A DNA stretch of 64,000 nucleotides, taken from contig OZ024743.1 in the NCBI GenBank assembly GCA_964016885.1, forward strand, positions 232,996,001 to 233,060,000, given 5' to 3'. Shown piece after piece: positions 39,069 through 53,400 of this stretch (within the stretch, counting starts at the first letter, position 1; each line of letters opens with the position of its first letter). Under the pieces are notes generated by a model. It did not search any database, had not been told where the DNA came from, and saw only the letters and a list, made by a program, of their open reading frames with translations. The DNA comes from Eledone cirrhosa. Taxonomy: Eukaryota. The position numbers were made by a program, and so were the translations under genes.

Positions 39069-41730
39069 TTAATTGTAAGTTGTGATGTTGCTGTTCCACT
39101 CATATTTTCTATTTAATTTTGGTTGTAATTCTTTTATGTTTATTGCCTCTGTGATTTGTCTAAACATTGCGTCTTTTCTGTGTGTAGATTCTATTTTTAT
39201 TTCTATGTTCTCTAATTTACCCTTATGTTCTATTTTAGCATGTTGGTAGAGTACAGATGATTCTTTACTATCTTGAATGTCTCGCCAGTGTTCATTTATC
39301 CGTTCCCCTACACTACGAGCTGTCTCACCTATGTACACTATATTTTTGTCTCTACATTGTCCTTCAGTACATCTTATACTACATTTCTAGTTTTACAGTT
39401 AATATGGGGGCTTATTTTACAGGTTATACATTTCTTATCTATACAGGGGTGTCTTTGAAAAGGGTATGTCTTGCTAATAAGTGTTTTTACGGAGGTACCT
39501 GGTCTGTCTACTATTTTAATATTGAGTTTATGTTTATCTAGGGCCCTTCTAAATCTGTAAACTAATTCACCTCTAGGGGTTGTATCGATGAACATTACAC
39601 TCTGGTATTTATTGCTATCATACCATGAGTTTATTCTATTAGCCTTATTCCTAGTTCTTTCTATTCTATTCCAAAATTTGCTCCTATCCAAGGGGCAGGT
39701 CCGATTTGTGTCATTATTTACCATTTTTTCCCATTTGGTTCTGTCTCCTCTATACACTCTGATTTTATCTCTCTGATTGTAACCAGAGAACTGCATACGG
39801 TGGATGAAGTGTTGTATGTGTCTCTCTAGTTCTTTGGGGTTGCACATGCGGGACACGTTTCTCTTCACCCGTACCAAATCCGCAATCAGTATGTTGATTT
39901 TGGTATGGTCCGAAACAGCTGAGTTTCGGTGGATCAGATGTTTGGAAGTCATGTGTTTGGCATAATGGGAATCGAGGATTTGTTTTTTGTTATTAATGGT
40001 ATCTAACCAGAGCTCTGTGTCTAGTACAGGTAATCGATGGTTGGGGTGTTTACTTGGGTAGTCTATAGTAACTCTAATACTCTGGTGGATGGAGTTAGCT
40101 ATTTGCTGGATGCTTTCCATTGTGTTTTTCTCTAATTCCTGACTGTTCTCTAGTGGGGGTGTCTTAACTACGATGTTTATATCATCAACGTAACGGGAGT
40201 ACATTATCAGGGTTAAGGGTCTTCTAATTGTTCTTTAAGTTTAAGTTTAAGTCTACTGTCCCACCATACCATGAATAAGTTAGCTATGTCGCCTGCAATG
40301 CTAACACCAATGGCTGCTCCTTCCTCTTGGGCATATGTTTTTCCATTAAATTTGAACATATGTTCCTTAAGGGTTAGTTTTATGCTGGCCCCTACCGCAT
40401 GTGCAATCATTTTCTTCAGTTCATCGTGGTTTTCGGGTGTCCGTATGGCTCTGGTCCACCCGTTGCATCTATCTGTGTGGGTTTTCTTCGCCATTGAGGT
40501 AATGGTAGGTGGTCTGCCTCTTGCTGGTCTTGTAGGGCACAGGTTGCTAAGGTGATATGTGTCTAGGTAATTATTACTATAGGTAAGTTTAAGTAGGAGT
40601 CCCAGCTCACTGGTATCAATCCCACGGAACTCAACATTTCTCTCACTGATCATTTCTACGCATTTCTCCACAGCAAAATCCACGTCAATAGATGGATACA
40701 GGGACACAACATCCATACTACCTATTATGCAGTTTGTTAGGTCCCTAGATCGGTTACTCTCGCCGATTCTGCTGAGGAGGTCCTCCGTGCTGTCACATAC
40801 ATCTGGGAACATTTCAATGATGGGGCGTATGATCAGGGAGAGGAAGTAGGACAGTCTGTAGTTACTAGCAATGTTAGCTCCACAGACTGGCCATGTTGGT
40901 GGTCCCGTGACAGGGTCACTGCCCGTTTTATGGTCTTTTCGAAGCCCATACAACGCTGGCACGTCATTGTTCCAGGCCTGGAAGTTGTTGGCAGTCCTTT
41001 TGTTGGGCTGCATTATATTCGTCCACATCACCATATAGGCATTGAGGGTTTTTTCTCTATCCTCATGCTCCTGTGGTGTTACCTCTCTTGTGTTAGTGAT
41101 GTTGGTTTGCATTGCCTGGATGTAGTTTGGCAGGCTGTCAACCGACATTCTGCCAGACTTGTCTGTTGGGAAGCATGCTATCTCTCCATTACGCGAGCGC
41201 TGCATGAGCTTACGCAAGCCATTTGCAGATTTTTCTCCCAGTTGCTGGGCCTCCATTCTATTATGCTTCTTGCTATACTGTTCTATAATATTTCTAAGTT
41301 CGGATCTAGCTATACTAAATTGTGCTTCTGTTTGTTCATCGACCTGCGACGGCAATTGCGTGCGTTTGTTAAATGGTAAAGTCGTGGCGTGGACTCGTCG
41401 CAGGTCGAACGACTTATCGGAGGGATTATAAAAAGTAGAGTTCCAGGCTGCTGCTTTATGTGTACTAGTGCTATTGTTATTGTTAGTTGTGTTGTTTCTA
41501 TTTCTATTTCCACCAACAGCCTCATGGTTGTTTCTATGTCTCTCATTATTACCCCTGTCTCTTTCCACTGGCTCATTGTTATTATCTACTCTATTTTGTG
41601 TGTCTGTGTGTTCGTCTTGGTTATTTTCTTTGTCCATAGTTTCCCTTCTCCTTTTAATCCTATTACTTTCCCTTACTTCTGTGATTTCTGTGCTACTGTC
41701 ATTACTTGTTTTCTGTGTCTGTGTGTTTGT
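39069..41730 (-). pseudogene. PLE reverse transcriptase plus GIY-YIG endonuclease with two disruptions (about 40210 and 39375)
   Basis: ORFs 40213-41760, 39374-40204 and 39069-39338 concatenate into one protein. Confidence 0.9.
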
Positions 41731-41899
41731 TAAGAATGTGTGACGAAAGAACTTTGACAATATATAAACAACTATCTGGTTGTGGAACCAACCAACCAGA
41801 AATTTATAAATTCCTAAATTTATAAATTTATTATAATAAATTGAATTGAAAGCAACTGGTGCGTGTGTTTCTTATTGGCAACATGACCCTCCCAAAGTA

Positions 41900-41936
<37 letters not shown>

Positions 41937-41939
41937 GTT

Positions 41940-42720
41940 TATGTGGCAGCAGATAATACTATCGTTGTATGCTTTAACCTTTGCAAAAAGTATTGTTGCA
42001 AAGACAAAGGCATTGTGGGATTGTTTTCTCCTTTGGCTTTTGAAAAGGACGTAGCATGGCACTCAATCCTGGCTCTAAATGAATGAGAAGGCCGTGTGTA
42101 TTTAGTTATAAAGTATTCTTTTTTAAACATATTCAATGTCTGTTCTGTATACTGTTTATTTTGAGAAACATTTGCTATCAAGAAATCTCGATCACCATCC
42201 TCCAGGAAATGCGTTTTCTATTCTATCCCATGGGGAGAGCGGGAAAGACGGAGGCAATGACAGTGGGAGGTTGGTTGCTTTGTGTTCGGACCTGGTATAG
42301 ATGTATATATTTATTTACCACACCACATATAAAAAGAGACTAGTTGACTCTAAAATTGTATTGAAGTTTGGGTTATTTGTGTGGTATTTATGGATTTGGG
42401 GTTGTGGTTAGAAGTGTGTGATTCTATAGTCTCCCTACAACTGTAATTAGCCTTAAAAGAATGTTTTGAGGATTTTGTAAGATATGCGTAAAGTAAGGAT
42501 GGGCCTCCTAATTAATCAGTGTTAGAAAAACCCTAAAAACATTTATGGATACATTTTCTATTTCTACGCTTGCCATTACTGATATGTGTGTTATATGTAT
42601 TTCAATATTTCTTGTTCAGACTCGCGATTGTAGTATGGAGCAGTTATACTAGATATTTCTCTCTCCCATGAATTCCTCAATGTTCTTAATGACATTTCAT
42701 TACAGGTCAACACTGGTCGC
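41940..42720 (-). mobile_element. Old degraded Naiad-type PLE fragment
   Basis: Minus-strand remnants INVFRVFLTLI..HSFKANYSCRETIESHTSNHN and a CLCL motif, matching the Naiad thumb/endonuclease region. Confidence 0.55.
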
Positions 42721-42965
42721 CTGGCCGATCTAGTAATAGCGGTATATCGCATCACCCGAATAAATTAATTCAGACACTGTAACGCGTATTCCTTTACCCG
42801 TTTCAGTCATGCAGGCGTGGTATGTATTTTTTCTACTGTTCATTGTAAACATGTATTTGTGTGTGTAATGGGCATGTATGTACGTGTGCGTGCGTATATA
42901 TATGCGTGTATGCATGTGCATACAAATCCTGTCTTTAATTCGTTATACTTGCATTTCTGCTTTTA

Positions 42966-43012
<47 letters not shown>

Positions 43013-43104
43013 ACACATTTTTCTGAATCAATTAAAAATCATCTTCATCATCATCATCATAATCATTATCATCCTTATTATTATTATTATTATTATCATT
43101 ATTA

Positions 43105-46100
43105 TTGTTCTTTGAGTCTCAGTCATTGATGTTAGTTAACTGGAAAGTTTGTTGAAATGAATATCAAGCCACTACCTGCAGCCTCAGATATTCGGGACGT
43201 ATCGGAGGGTTCTTGCTGTTCCCAGCAAGCATGCCTTTTGAAGCGTTCCAAAAAGCGTGAAGGGGCCAATTTTCTTTAACCATCCCTGGAAACTTTTGGA
43301 GATAGTCCCTAGTGCGCCTATGACAATCGGGACCACTTTGACTTCGTGGCAGTTCTAAATCCTTTTTACCTCCCACTTTAAGTCCTGGTATCGGTTAATT
43401 TTCTCCCTCTCCTTCTCTTGCACTCTCGTGTCGAATGGGCAGGCCACATCCACAATCAGGCACGATCTTTTTCCCTTGTCCAAAACCACCAGGTCAGGTC
43501 TATTGTGTTCCAGTTTCTTGTCCGTCAGTATCCTAAAATCCCACAGCACCATCACCTGATCGTTTTCTATCACCGACTCTGGCTTATGCTCATACCACTT
43601 CTCAGAATGTGGTAAATTGTTTACTTTGCATAGGTGCCAGTGGATCACCCTGCCCATCACATCATGTCTCCAGCCCTTATAGTGAGTCTGGGCTAGGTGT
43701 TTACACTCGGATACAATGTGAGCCACAGTCTCCTCTCTCTCTCTCCACAGATCCTGCGCAGTGGGCTAGCCTCCTCCTTGTAAATATGGTGTTTCAACCA
43801 CTTCGTTTTGAGGGCCTGCTCTTGCGCAGCCATTAACATTCCTTCGGTAGCCTTTTTAAGGTCTCCTCTTTTCAACCGGTTCCATGTCTGTGGATCTCTG
43901 AATTCAGTTTTCTCAAAGAAGGTACTATGAAGGGATGTTTCATGAAGGCTGCTCTTTCTCCTTGTTATTTCCTCCTAGGACATCCCCTGGTCTATTGTCC
44001 TCTCCTTCAGTACAATTCTGAGCATTGGCTCCTTACTATCACGTATTTGTGTAGGTTGTTTTTCTTCATCTGAACACAGTCCTCTATGCTGATAAGACCT
44101 CTTCCACCTTCAGATCTCCTTAAGTAGAGTCTATCGACATCACTCCTCCTGTGGAACATGTTGTAGATAGTCAATAGCTTCCTAGTCTTCCTATCCATTT
44201 CTTTTTGTTCAGCAACATTCCATCTCAGAATTCCCGCACTGTACCTAATAATAGACACAGCTCGGGAATTTACTGTACTTATGGCATTCCTACTGTTCAG
44301 ATGTGACTTTAATACGCTCCTTACTCTCCGAATGTATTCAGATCTTATCAATTCCTTCATTTTTTTGTTCTTGATGTCATCAGCCTCCAGAACACCCAAA
44401 TACTTGTATCCTTCTTCAGTGTCAATTTCCTTTATTATCTCACCTGTTGGTACCTGGATTCCGTTGATTCTGCTCAATTTACCCCTCTTCATCACAAGGA
44501 CTCCACACTTACTAATACCAAATTGCATACATATATCATTGCTGAAAATACGGACAGTGTCAACAAGCACATCCAACTCCTTCTCACTCTTCCCGAAGAG
44601 CTTAAGATCGTCCATGAAGAGGAGGTGATTGAAGGTAAGCTCTCCCTTTCCGAACTTGTATCCTGCTCTCACTTTTCGCAGTATAAAGGTCAGGAGCATC
44701 AGGGCAAGGACAAACAACAGAGGGGACAGGCTATCTCCCTGGAAGATACCTCTCTTGATCTTCACATCTCCCAAGGATTCTCCAGCTGATGTTAACTCTG
44801 TTTTCCAGGACTTCATACTTTTGCCCAACAACTGTCTGATGTTATCTGCCACCTTGAAGATCTCTAGGCTTTCGGTGATCCAAGAATGAGGCACCATGTC
44901 AAATGCCTTTTTGTAGTCTATCCATCCCAGGGCAAGACCAGTGTGTCTCCTCTTGAAATTCCTCATTACCATCTTATCAATAAGTAACTGGTCCTTTGTA
45001 CCACGGGACTTCTTTCGGCATCCTGTCTGTTCGTCCGGTAACAAGTTGTTTGTGTGGAGGTGATGGTAGATTTCCTCAGACATAATGCTTGTCAACAGTT
45101 TCCACATTACGGACAGATATGTGATAGGTCTATAGTTGGTAACATCATTACCCTTGATTCGGTCTTTCATTACCAGAACTGTGATACCTTTTGTCAACCA
45201 CTCTGGTACCTCACCTGACATCAAGCAGTCATTGAACATGGTTGTCAGTTTCGGGTGGAGGGATGTTATATTTTTAATCCAATACCCCTGCACACCATCT
45301 GGGCCTGGTGATTTCCAGTTGGTTAGTTTTTTTGGCCTGCCCCTTAAGAGTTTCAACTGTGATACTCAAATCAGTTTGTTGGTGTGCCTATTCACTAATC
45401 TCCTTTTGTACTGTCTCAATCCCCACTGCCTGGTCATTATGTTTAACATCCTGCTCCCATATTCCTCTCCAGAATGTCTTAGTTTGTTCCGCCTCAGGGA
45501 TCAAGTCGTTGCCTCTTTCTTTACCTTCAAGCTGTCCAAACAGCATCTTCTGGTTGTTGTCAAACATGCGGTTCTGTCTATACTGACTGACTCTGCTCTC
45601 GCATCGCCTAATTTTTGCACTCTTTGCTACAATGCGTTGCTTCAGTTCCTCTATGATAATATTTAGCTTTTTTCTCCTAGTTTTGTACTTTATTTCCAGT
45701 CTATTTTTAGTGTCTATGTTTTTTAGTGTCACATTCAGTAGGGACTCAAGCTTTCCAATGTCATTTCTCATTTCCCTGATTTAACCATTCAGTCGTTTCT
45801 TCCACCAAGGCTCTGATCTTTCTTGTTTGTTGTTTCCTCTCGCTTTTATGCCAAGTAATTTCCTCACCGCATTTGCTGTTGCTTTGAGGATATTGTTGCA
45901 CTGGTGAAGGTTCCTCGCCTCAAGGTATGGGATGACTTTGTTTACCTTAGCTGTTGTTTCTTTTAACTTTTTCCTGTCTACAAATCTTAGGTTCATAGGT
46001 TTCCCACTATCATTGTTCAATTCATCTACCACTAAGTTTAGGATATCAACCAAATCTTGTTCTACCCCTTCAGCATTCATCTCCTCAATGGCCGTATCTT

Positions 46101-46710
46101 TGTTCCAGGTATTATTTATTTCAGCATTCAGATTATTGTCTGCTTCGGATGGTTCCTCCGTTCTCTCAACCTCTTCACCTTCATTTCCCACTGACTCGTT
46201 TGCCTGGAATACTCCACTCTCCATTTCCAACCTAATCTTTCTGCTCAGTTCCTCCAGTTCCCGCTCGCTTATCCACCCATTAGTTCTTATTACCCGAGCC
46301 TGCCCGGCCAATTTTTGTTCATCTAATTTAAATAGACCAATCTCGTTCCAGATGTTATGCATCCGTTTCCTATAGCCTTTCTCCGTGGGGTTACTCTTCA
46401 GGTAACATTGCATAACAGTTCTATTCAATTCTTTCGTCCAGTTGGTTCTGGTCCCTTTCCTTCTTCTTCTTCCTCCGACACCAGCAGTATTTGGTTGACA
46501 GCCAGGTCCCTGCTGCTGAGCCAAGGAGCACCTGCTGGGTGAGAGTCTGTCACATGACATTCCAGTCTCCACTTCACCGTTATTCGAACTGTTTAGGTTC
46601 GACATTTAAACACTCTTATCGAGGATTGGTGAATGTATGGTTACATAACCACCAGTGATTTCATCACCCCCGGTGATTTTAGTGTGGTACTATCACGCTG
46701 TAGACGAACA
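43105..46710 (-). mobile_element. Full-length R4/Dong-clade non-LTR retrotransposon (RT plus REL endonuclease), pseudogenised, 3' end in (TAA)n
   Basis: N-terminus W..N..VMQCY..GYRKRMHNIW; RT WKSPGPDG, WIDYKKAFDMVPH, GIFQGDSLSP, LFMDDLKL; CCHC..HIVSEC..RHD; REL RPDLVV..IVDVACP.D..EK..RY; (TTA)n at 43075-43107. Confidence 0.95.
43164..46605 (-). pseudogene. Dong/R4 single ORF with several frameshifts and stops
   Basis: ORF pieces 45781-46605, 45388-45771, 44007-45356, 43693-43875, 43355-43726. Confidence 0.9.
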
Positions 46711-47536
46711 TAAATAAACAAACAAACAAATAGGTAAAAAAAAAAAAAAAGAATAAGCATAAGTTTCATTGTAATGTAATGTTTGAATGTCTGACTTAGT
46801 TTTTTTTTTTCCTTCTCTATCTGTCTGTTTGTTTTTCTTTTCATTTTTCTTTTCTTTACGTTTTTTGTTGTGGCTGTGCTGTTTTGATTTTGATTTTTGG
46901 TTTTTTGATTTTTTGACCGGGTCATCAAATCTGTCTATTTATATCTTTTGATGCCTTCCTCTTTTAGTGGGGACACTACGATGCATGTCTTAGCAGGAGG
47001 TAGTGGGAGAGAATAGCGGCGGTAGTGATAATGAGGCGGTAGTGATAATGAGGCAGTGGTGGTGGTGGTGGTGCTGGTGCTGTGCTAGTAGTACTTAGCA
47101 GGAGGTAGTGGGAGAGAATAGCGGCGGTAGTGATGAGGCAGTGGTGGTGGTGATGTGATCGTAGTACTGTAGTGATGGTGTTGAAGTAGAAATAGAAGTT
47201 GAGGTAACTTGACTAGAGTTTTTGGCGTGGTAGTGGTGATGGTGGCGGTGGTGGTGTTGGTGGTGAAATGATTTGCCTGTCTGTCCACTTAGCCATTTTC
47301 TCTTTTTAGACTATAACATTTCTGATCCAAAATTAAATATTAAATATTGGGGCCCTATGGCGTAAAGTGATGCGTTATGGCTTGCTGAGCGTAAAATGTA
47401 ATCTTATACTTCATTTGTAATAAGAATTATTCTATCACAGTTGTTTTAAATAAGTAAAAATCAAAAACTTACGGGAGCGATTCGATAACGATATATATCC
47501 ACCATGTGCGTTTTCTTCTTCTTATTATTATTATTA

Positions 47537-48351
47537 TCTATATATATAAAACTGTGGTTGTCTGTCTGTCTATCGATTTTTGGCACACATCTCCTCTTAG
47601 AATCTCTGACGGAATTACACCGAAATTGCTATACTTGTACATTGAGCCCTAGCGAAGACATCGGAAAAATAATATTTCAAATTGACCCACCCTATGTGAC
47701 GAAATCGAATATAATGTATCGATTTTTGAGCGTAAGTTATCAGTTATTTCCCTTTGTTCTGTTTACATTGAGCGTCTTACGTAAAAAATTACGCTGGCTT
47801 TCTCAGCGTTTAAAATGACATTAACACAATACACGAACAGTTTTCGAGCCAGCAAAATATTGACCTGCAAAATTCATCAGTTCGAACACTAAGCTTCCGT
47901 TTTGCTTCATTTCCATTTAAAAGCATTTTAAAACAATATTTTTACTTGAAAACAAGTCTATTTAAAGACTACGTAAAACAAGCAAATATTTCAGGCGTGC
48001 AGACAGACAGTCGTGCAGAGAGGTGATATAGGCGTGCAGACAGACATAACTGATAATTTGGTTACGCTAATGTTTTTCTCTGCGTTGCAGTGTTTACATT
48101 TTCGATCTTTGTTAATAAATAACCAGTGCAGTTTTTATCCCCAGCATCCTCTTTTGTTATAACATTCGGGTTATCGTTATGTTTTCTTAACTTCATAAGG
48201 CATATTGTTGGTTGAGGGAATATTAATCAAAAACACCACATGCAAGTCTGCACAGTAGACATTACAGTTTTTAAGCCAAAAAAGAAACTTAACATTGTAA
48301 CTTTAACACAGCTACTGAGCGACCCCGAGCAACGCCGGGCTTTACTGCTAG
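47537..48351 (+). mobile_element. Non-autonomous Helitron
   Basis: A|TCTATATATATAAAA 5' end; subterminal hairpin CCCGAGCAACGCCGGG 48324-48339; 3' CTAG|T; inserted between A and T without TSD. Confidence 0.85.
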
Positions 48352-48629
48352 TTACTATAATAAAGTACCAGTAATGCACTGGATATTTGCTGGCCTTGTG
48401 CCTAAAGTAGAAACAATTATTATTATTACTATTAGTATTATTATTATTATTTAAATATGTATGTATATTAATGAGTTCCCGGAGAAAGATGTTTAATAAA
48501 ACCCCCAGAAGATATAATATAGAATTCCATGTGAAATAATTAGCCATTTAGTTTATTTTTTCTTCGTCTAAATATTAATATTATTGTCAACATTTTAATA
48601 GTATGATTATCATTAATATTCTTAAAACT

Positions 48630-48667
48630 GGCATCATTATCATCATCATCATCATCATCATCATCGG

Positions 48668-48699
<32 letters not shown>

Positions 48700-48839
48700 C
48701 CAGCAGCAGCAGCATCACCATCATCATCATCATAATCATTATCATTATCTTCCTCCACCTGATCATCATCATCATCATCATCATCATTACTATTATTTGT
48801 TGTAGTTGTAGTAGTAGCAGCAGCAGAAGCAGCACTAAC

Positions 48840-48891
<52 letters not shown>

Positions 48892-48943
48892 TCATCGCTC
48901 CACTACCATCATCATCATTATCATCATCATTACTTTTTTATTT

Positions 48944-48995
<52 letters not shown>

Positions 48996-49105
48996 CTGTA
49001 GCAGCAGCAGAAGCAATAGCAGTAGTAGTAGTAGTAGTATCATCGCTCCACCACCATCATCATCATCATCACAATTAACATCATATTATTTGTAGTAGTA
49101 GTAGC

Positions 49106-49157
<52 letters not shown>

Positions 49158-49220
49158 ACATTTCTCCACCGCCAACACCATCATCATCATCATCATCATT
49201 ATCATCATCATCGACATTAT
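48630..49220. repeat. (ATC)n/(TAG)n compound trinucleotide tract
   Basis: Direct inspection. Confidence 0.95.
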
Positions 49221-49224
49221 TATT

Positions 49225-50190
49225 TGGAAGTATCAGTAGATCGTCAGACAACATGCTTTGCACCATAGAGTTATGGCGCTTTACATCCTGAGTTCAAATT
49301 CCACCGAGGTTAACTTTGCCTTTCATCCTTACGGGGTCGATAAAATAAAGTACCAGTAATACACTGGGATAATTGCGGGCCTTGTGCCAAAAGTAGAAAC
49401 AGTTATTATTATTATTATTTAGAGGGTGTAGGGTGGTGGATTGGCAGTATCGGTAGAGGGTCGGATGCTATGCTTTGACACATAGAGTTACGGCCCTTGC
49501 AATTCTGAGTTCGAATCCCGCCGAGGTTAACTTCGCCTTTCATCCTTACGGAGTCGATAAAATAAAGTACCAGTAATACACTGGGATAATTGCGGGCCTT
49601 ATGCCAGAAGTAGAAATAATTATTATTTAGAGGGTGTGGGAGAAGTGCTGCCCCCCCCCCCCGTACATTTGCTGAAAGGTGGGTGAATGTGGCGAGAATG
49701 GCCCGTGTGATACTTTGATCATGCGCCATTTGGCTGGTGTAATTGAGGAGGAGAGGGGTGCCCTTCCCAGGTGCTCTCGAAGCGTCGGGTGGTTTACGAT
49801 TGCTGGGGTACCTGAATCAACCCTGGGTGGTTATCCCCCGTATAGGGGAATGCTCGTTGTTGTATTTTTCTTGTTATTTTGTTATTGTTATTTATATTTT
49901 TTCACGTTTTCTATGTAAACCACCAATGTCCCTGTCTAGTGTATAGTCCCCTATATGTCGGCCCTTGTGGCCGATAAATGAAACCATTCGGGGGATTGGC
50001 CGTATCGGTAGAGGGTCGGCCGCCATACTTTGCAGCATAGAGTTATGGCCCTTTACGGTCTGAGTTCAAATCCTGCCGAGGTTAACTTTACCTTTCATCC
50101 TTACAGGGTCGATAAAGTAAAGTACCAGTAATTCACTGGAGTAATTGCTGGCCTTGTGCCAAAAGTAGAAACAATTATTTAGAGGGTGTC
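49225..50190 (+). mobile_element. Three head-to-tail tRNA-SINE copies, the third interrupted by a Tx1 3' fragment (about 49640-49985)
   Basis: B-box and central domain at about 49290, 49505 and 50060; junction TTATTTAGAGGGTGT recurs; insert matches 53720-54075. Confidence 0.85.
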
Positions 50191-50335
50191 GTACGTTGTT
50201 ATATTTTCCTTTTTCCTGTTAAAATCTATTCCTTATTTTCATATTACTATTATTTTTCATAAGAACATCTTCATTCGCGAAATAACTATATTATCACTAT
50301 AATTGCTACTGCTGCTGCTACTGCTACTGCTGCTG

Positions 50336-50393
<58 letters not shown>

Positions 50394-50427
50394 TACTACT
50401 ATTATTATTATTACTACTACTACTACT

Positions 50428-53400
50428 AAAAGTTTAAATGTTCGAGGCCTGGGATCGTCCTGGAAGCAGGGCCACCTGCTCAACGACCTCAGATCTCTAG
50501 ATATGGATGTAATTGCCGTCAGCGAGACCAGGATTTCCGACACGCGCGCACTATCCCCCATTTTCGGCGACTATCAGATCTTTGCATCTGTTAGTCGGTC
50601 GGGAATGGGAGGCGGGGGGGGGCAGTGCTGTTTAGGAAAGGCCTGGATCTCGAGGTAAGGTCGATCTTCCGGGACCCGGACGGGAAGTTGGTGGTACTGG
50701 ACGTGAACAATAACGAAGGTGGTCCCTTTAGACTGGTGGCTGTCTATGCCCCAACTGGGGCAGGACGGCCGGACTTCTTTAGACGCCTGGAAGCCTTTCT
50801 GAGTACGTCTCGCCCTTTACTGTTAGCGGGGGACTGGAACGGCATCTTAGACGCACGCTGGGACTGTGTGGGAGTATCCGATAGGAGCGGGGGGTGCAAA
50901 AGCCTCAAGAACCTTATCAGCCAGTTCCAACTGTCTGACAGGTACCGACTAGATTTCCCTAATGCGCCAGTGTGGACCTGGACTAACCGCATAGGGTCAT
51001 CTAGATCGTATATAGACAGGATATTCATTAGGAAAATAGACAGAAACAGTGTAAGCTGTCCACATTTTAAAACGATCGCCTATTCAGATCACAAGTTTGT
51101 GATCTGTGTGGTCGACCTAGATAAGACGCGTAGGTTAGGACCTGGTTACTGGAAGCTAAACATGTCATTTCCGGCACGTAAGGCTTACAGGGACCAGGTC
51201 AACAATTTAGTTAAGAAAAAGTTGACAGGGGGAGTCGTTAACAATAGATGGTGGGGGGCTCTCAAAAGAGAGATTAGAGTAATGTCGATAGAGTTTAGCA
51301 ATGAAGTAGCGTTAGAGAAAAATAGAAAGGATGGGGAGTTGGTAGATAAGTAAGACGAGGCTATTGGTAGTGGCATTGCAACTGACGTGCTAGCGGCGAG
51401 AATGGCATTAGACCATTTCTTCAATGCGAAACACGAAGGTTGCATTGTCAAACCTAAGGCGCGTGCTCTAAGAAACGAGGGAACCAAAGCTGTTCGATGG
51501 GCCCGCGTGGCAGAGGCGCAGCTTGGTAATAAAACCACGATTCGGCCTTTGACAGACCGAGACGGACACGAGCTGAGCGATTCCAAGCGGATGTGTGAGG
51601 CCTTTCGCCAACATTTTGCTCGGTTGTTCGGGGGAAGTGGCGGGTCAGAAACGGTGGCGGACTTCAGTCCCTACCTCGATGACTTGCCGCAACTCTCGAC
51701 CGCCGACGCTGCGCGCTGCGAAAGGCCAATTACTTCAATCGAGATTCAGGATGCCCTTGTCGGCTGCATGAGGCGCAAGTCACCCGGTTTGGATGGTCTG
51801 CCCTACGAGCTTTACGTAAATATGCCAGATTTGTTCTCCAATTTCTTCGAAGCGCTCTACTGCAACTGGCAGCAGAAAGGGAGCATTTCCAGTTCTGTGA
51901 GTCGGGGCGTAGTGACGCTGATAAGGAAAGACGAGAACAAGAGGGACACATTAGACAATTTCAAGGCCATAACTCTGCTCAACACAGAGTTTAAGATTTT
52001 GGCCAGGGTGTTAACGAAGAGGCTGGCACTTGTCGTCGGGGATTTGGTTGGGGAGGCGCAAACTTGCGCAATCCCAACCAGGTCCATACACGACAACCTC
52101 CACCTGATGCGATACATTATAGAGAGGGTATGGTGTAAACTTGGCTTCGGTGGGGCTCTGATCAATTTAGATCAATCGAAAGCATTCAATAGGGTCGACC
52201 ATCGGTACCTGGAGGCTGTCCTCAAGGCGGTTGGCTTCGGCCCCGTCTTCAGAAACTGGATCGCTGCAATGCACAGCGGCACCTGCTCGGTGGTCAAAAT
52301 TAATGGCCACCTCTCGGAACCGTTTCAGATCTCCCGATCGGTCCGTCAAGGGTGCCCTCTCTCCTCCCTTCTGTACGTATTTACTCTCGAGCCTTTACTG
52401 CGGAAGCTGGAGCTGTTGCAGGGTATCCCGCTCGAACCGGGACGCGGAAAGGCTGTGTCGGCTTATGCGGACGACATTACCATGATGTTGTCGGACACCT
52501 CAGAAATCGGCAACTTATTGGAGGAATATGAAAGGTTAACGGAAGCAAAACTTAACCCGGAAAAGTCGGTGGGCTTGCAACTCGGCACCTGGAGAGGCAA
52601 GTCCATGCCGTCCAACGGCGTCGTTAGGCGCTGGACGGACGGACCGGTAAAGTTGCTCGGGGTTTGGTTTGGGCCAGACCTCCAGGTGGAAAAGAATTGG
52701 GACGAGGTGACGGGCAGGGTAGCCAGTCTCACCCAGAAATGGGCTGCAAGAAAGCTATCACTGAAAGGAGGTAGCGAACGCGTACATCGCGTCCGTCATC
52801 TATTACCGTCTGACCGTCGTCCCTTGCCCCCGTTCGCGCCTCACCATCTTGGAGTGGATCCTCTTCAAAATCTTGTGGAGGGGTCAGGTTCCGCTGGTGA
52901 GGCGGTCCATCTGATGCCAGTACCTCTACGTGGAGGGCTGGACATGCCGTGGCTAATGATGCGCAGACACGCGCTGAGGCTGCAGCATCTCCAGATATTC
53001 TGCCTAAACGGTGAACAGGTGTGGTCGCCGTTTGTCAGACGGGCCTTTCCGCAGCTCGTTTCTTTGACTGAGCTGCAGTCCTGGGTCAAGAAGAGACCGA
53101 GACTGGGTGACTGGCATCTGGAATGTTGCCAGGCACTCACTGCCCTCTACCAGGCGGGCAATGCGCTCAGTGGAACTTCCACTCTCGAGTTCTATACAGG
53201 ATTAGTGGTGGGAAAATGCGACGGCGCACTCGGAGAGGCTCTGGGAGTTGACGAAGTCGAACCAACCAGTCTGTCCCGGAGGACTTTCGAGCCGGGGACG
53301 ATGGATAATTTCCAAAAATCCCTCGCTTGGCAGTGCTACCGGGGGGCACTGCCGGTTCGAGATAAACTCTACAGGCACGGAAGTGCTGTCATACGGACCT

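Larger units (their letters stand above)
38613..41903 (-). mobile_element. Near-complete Penelope-like element (RT plus C-terminal GIY-YIG) with inverted 5' partial pLTR, inserted in (TA)n
   Basis: Inverted repeat about 38677-38850/41733-41903; ORFs with PTDKSG, YGLRKDHK, MDVVSLYPSI, GAAIG, YSRYVDDI, YIGETARS..EH, RQITEA, LNRKYEW. Confidence 0.95.
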
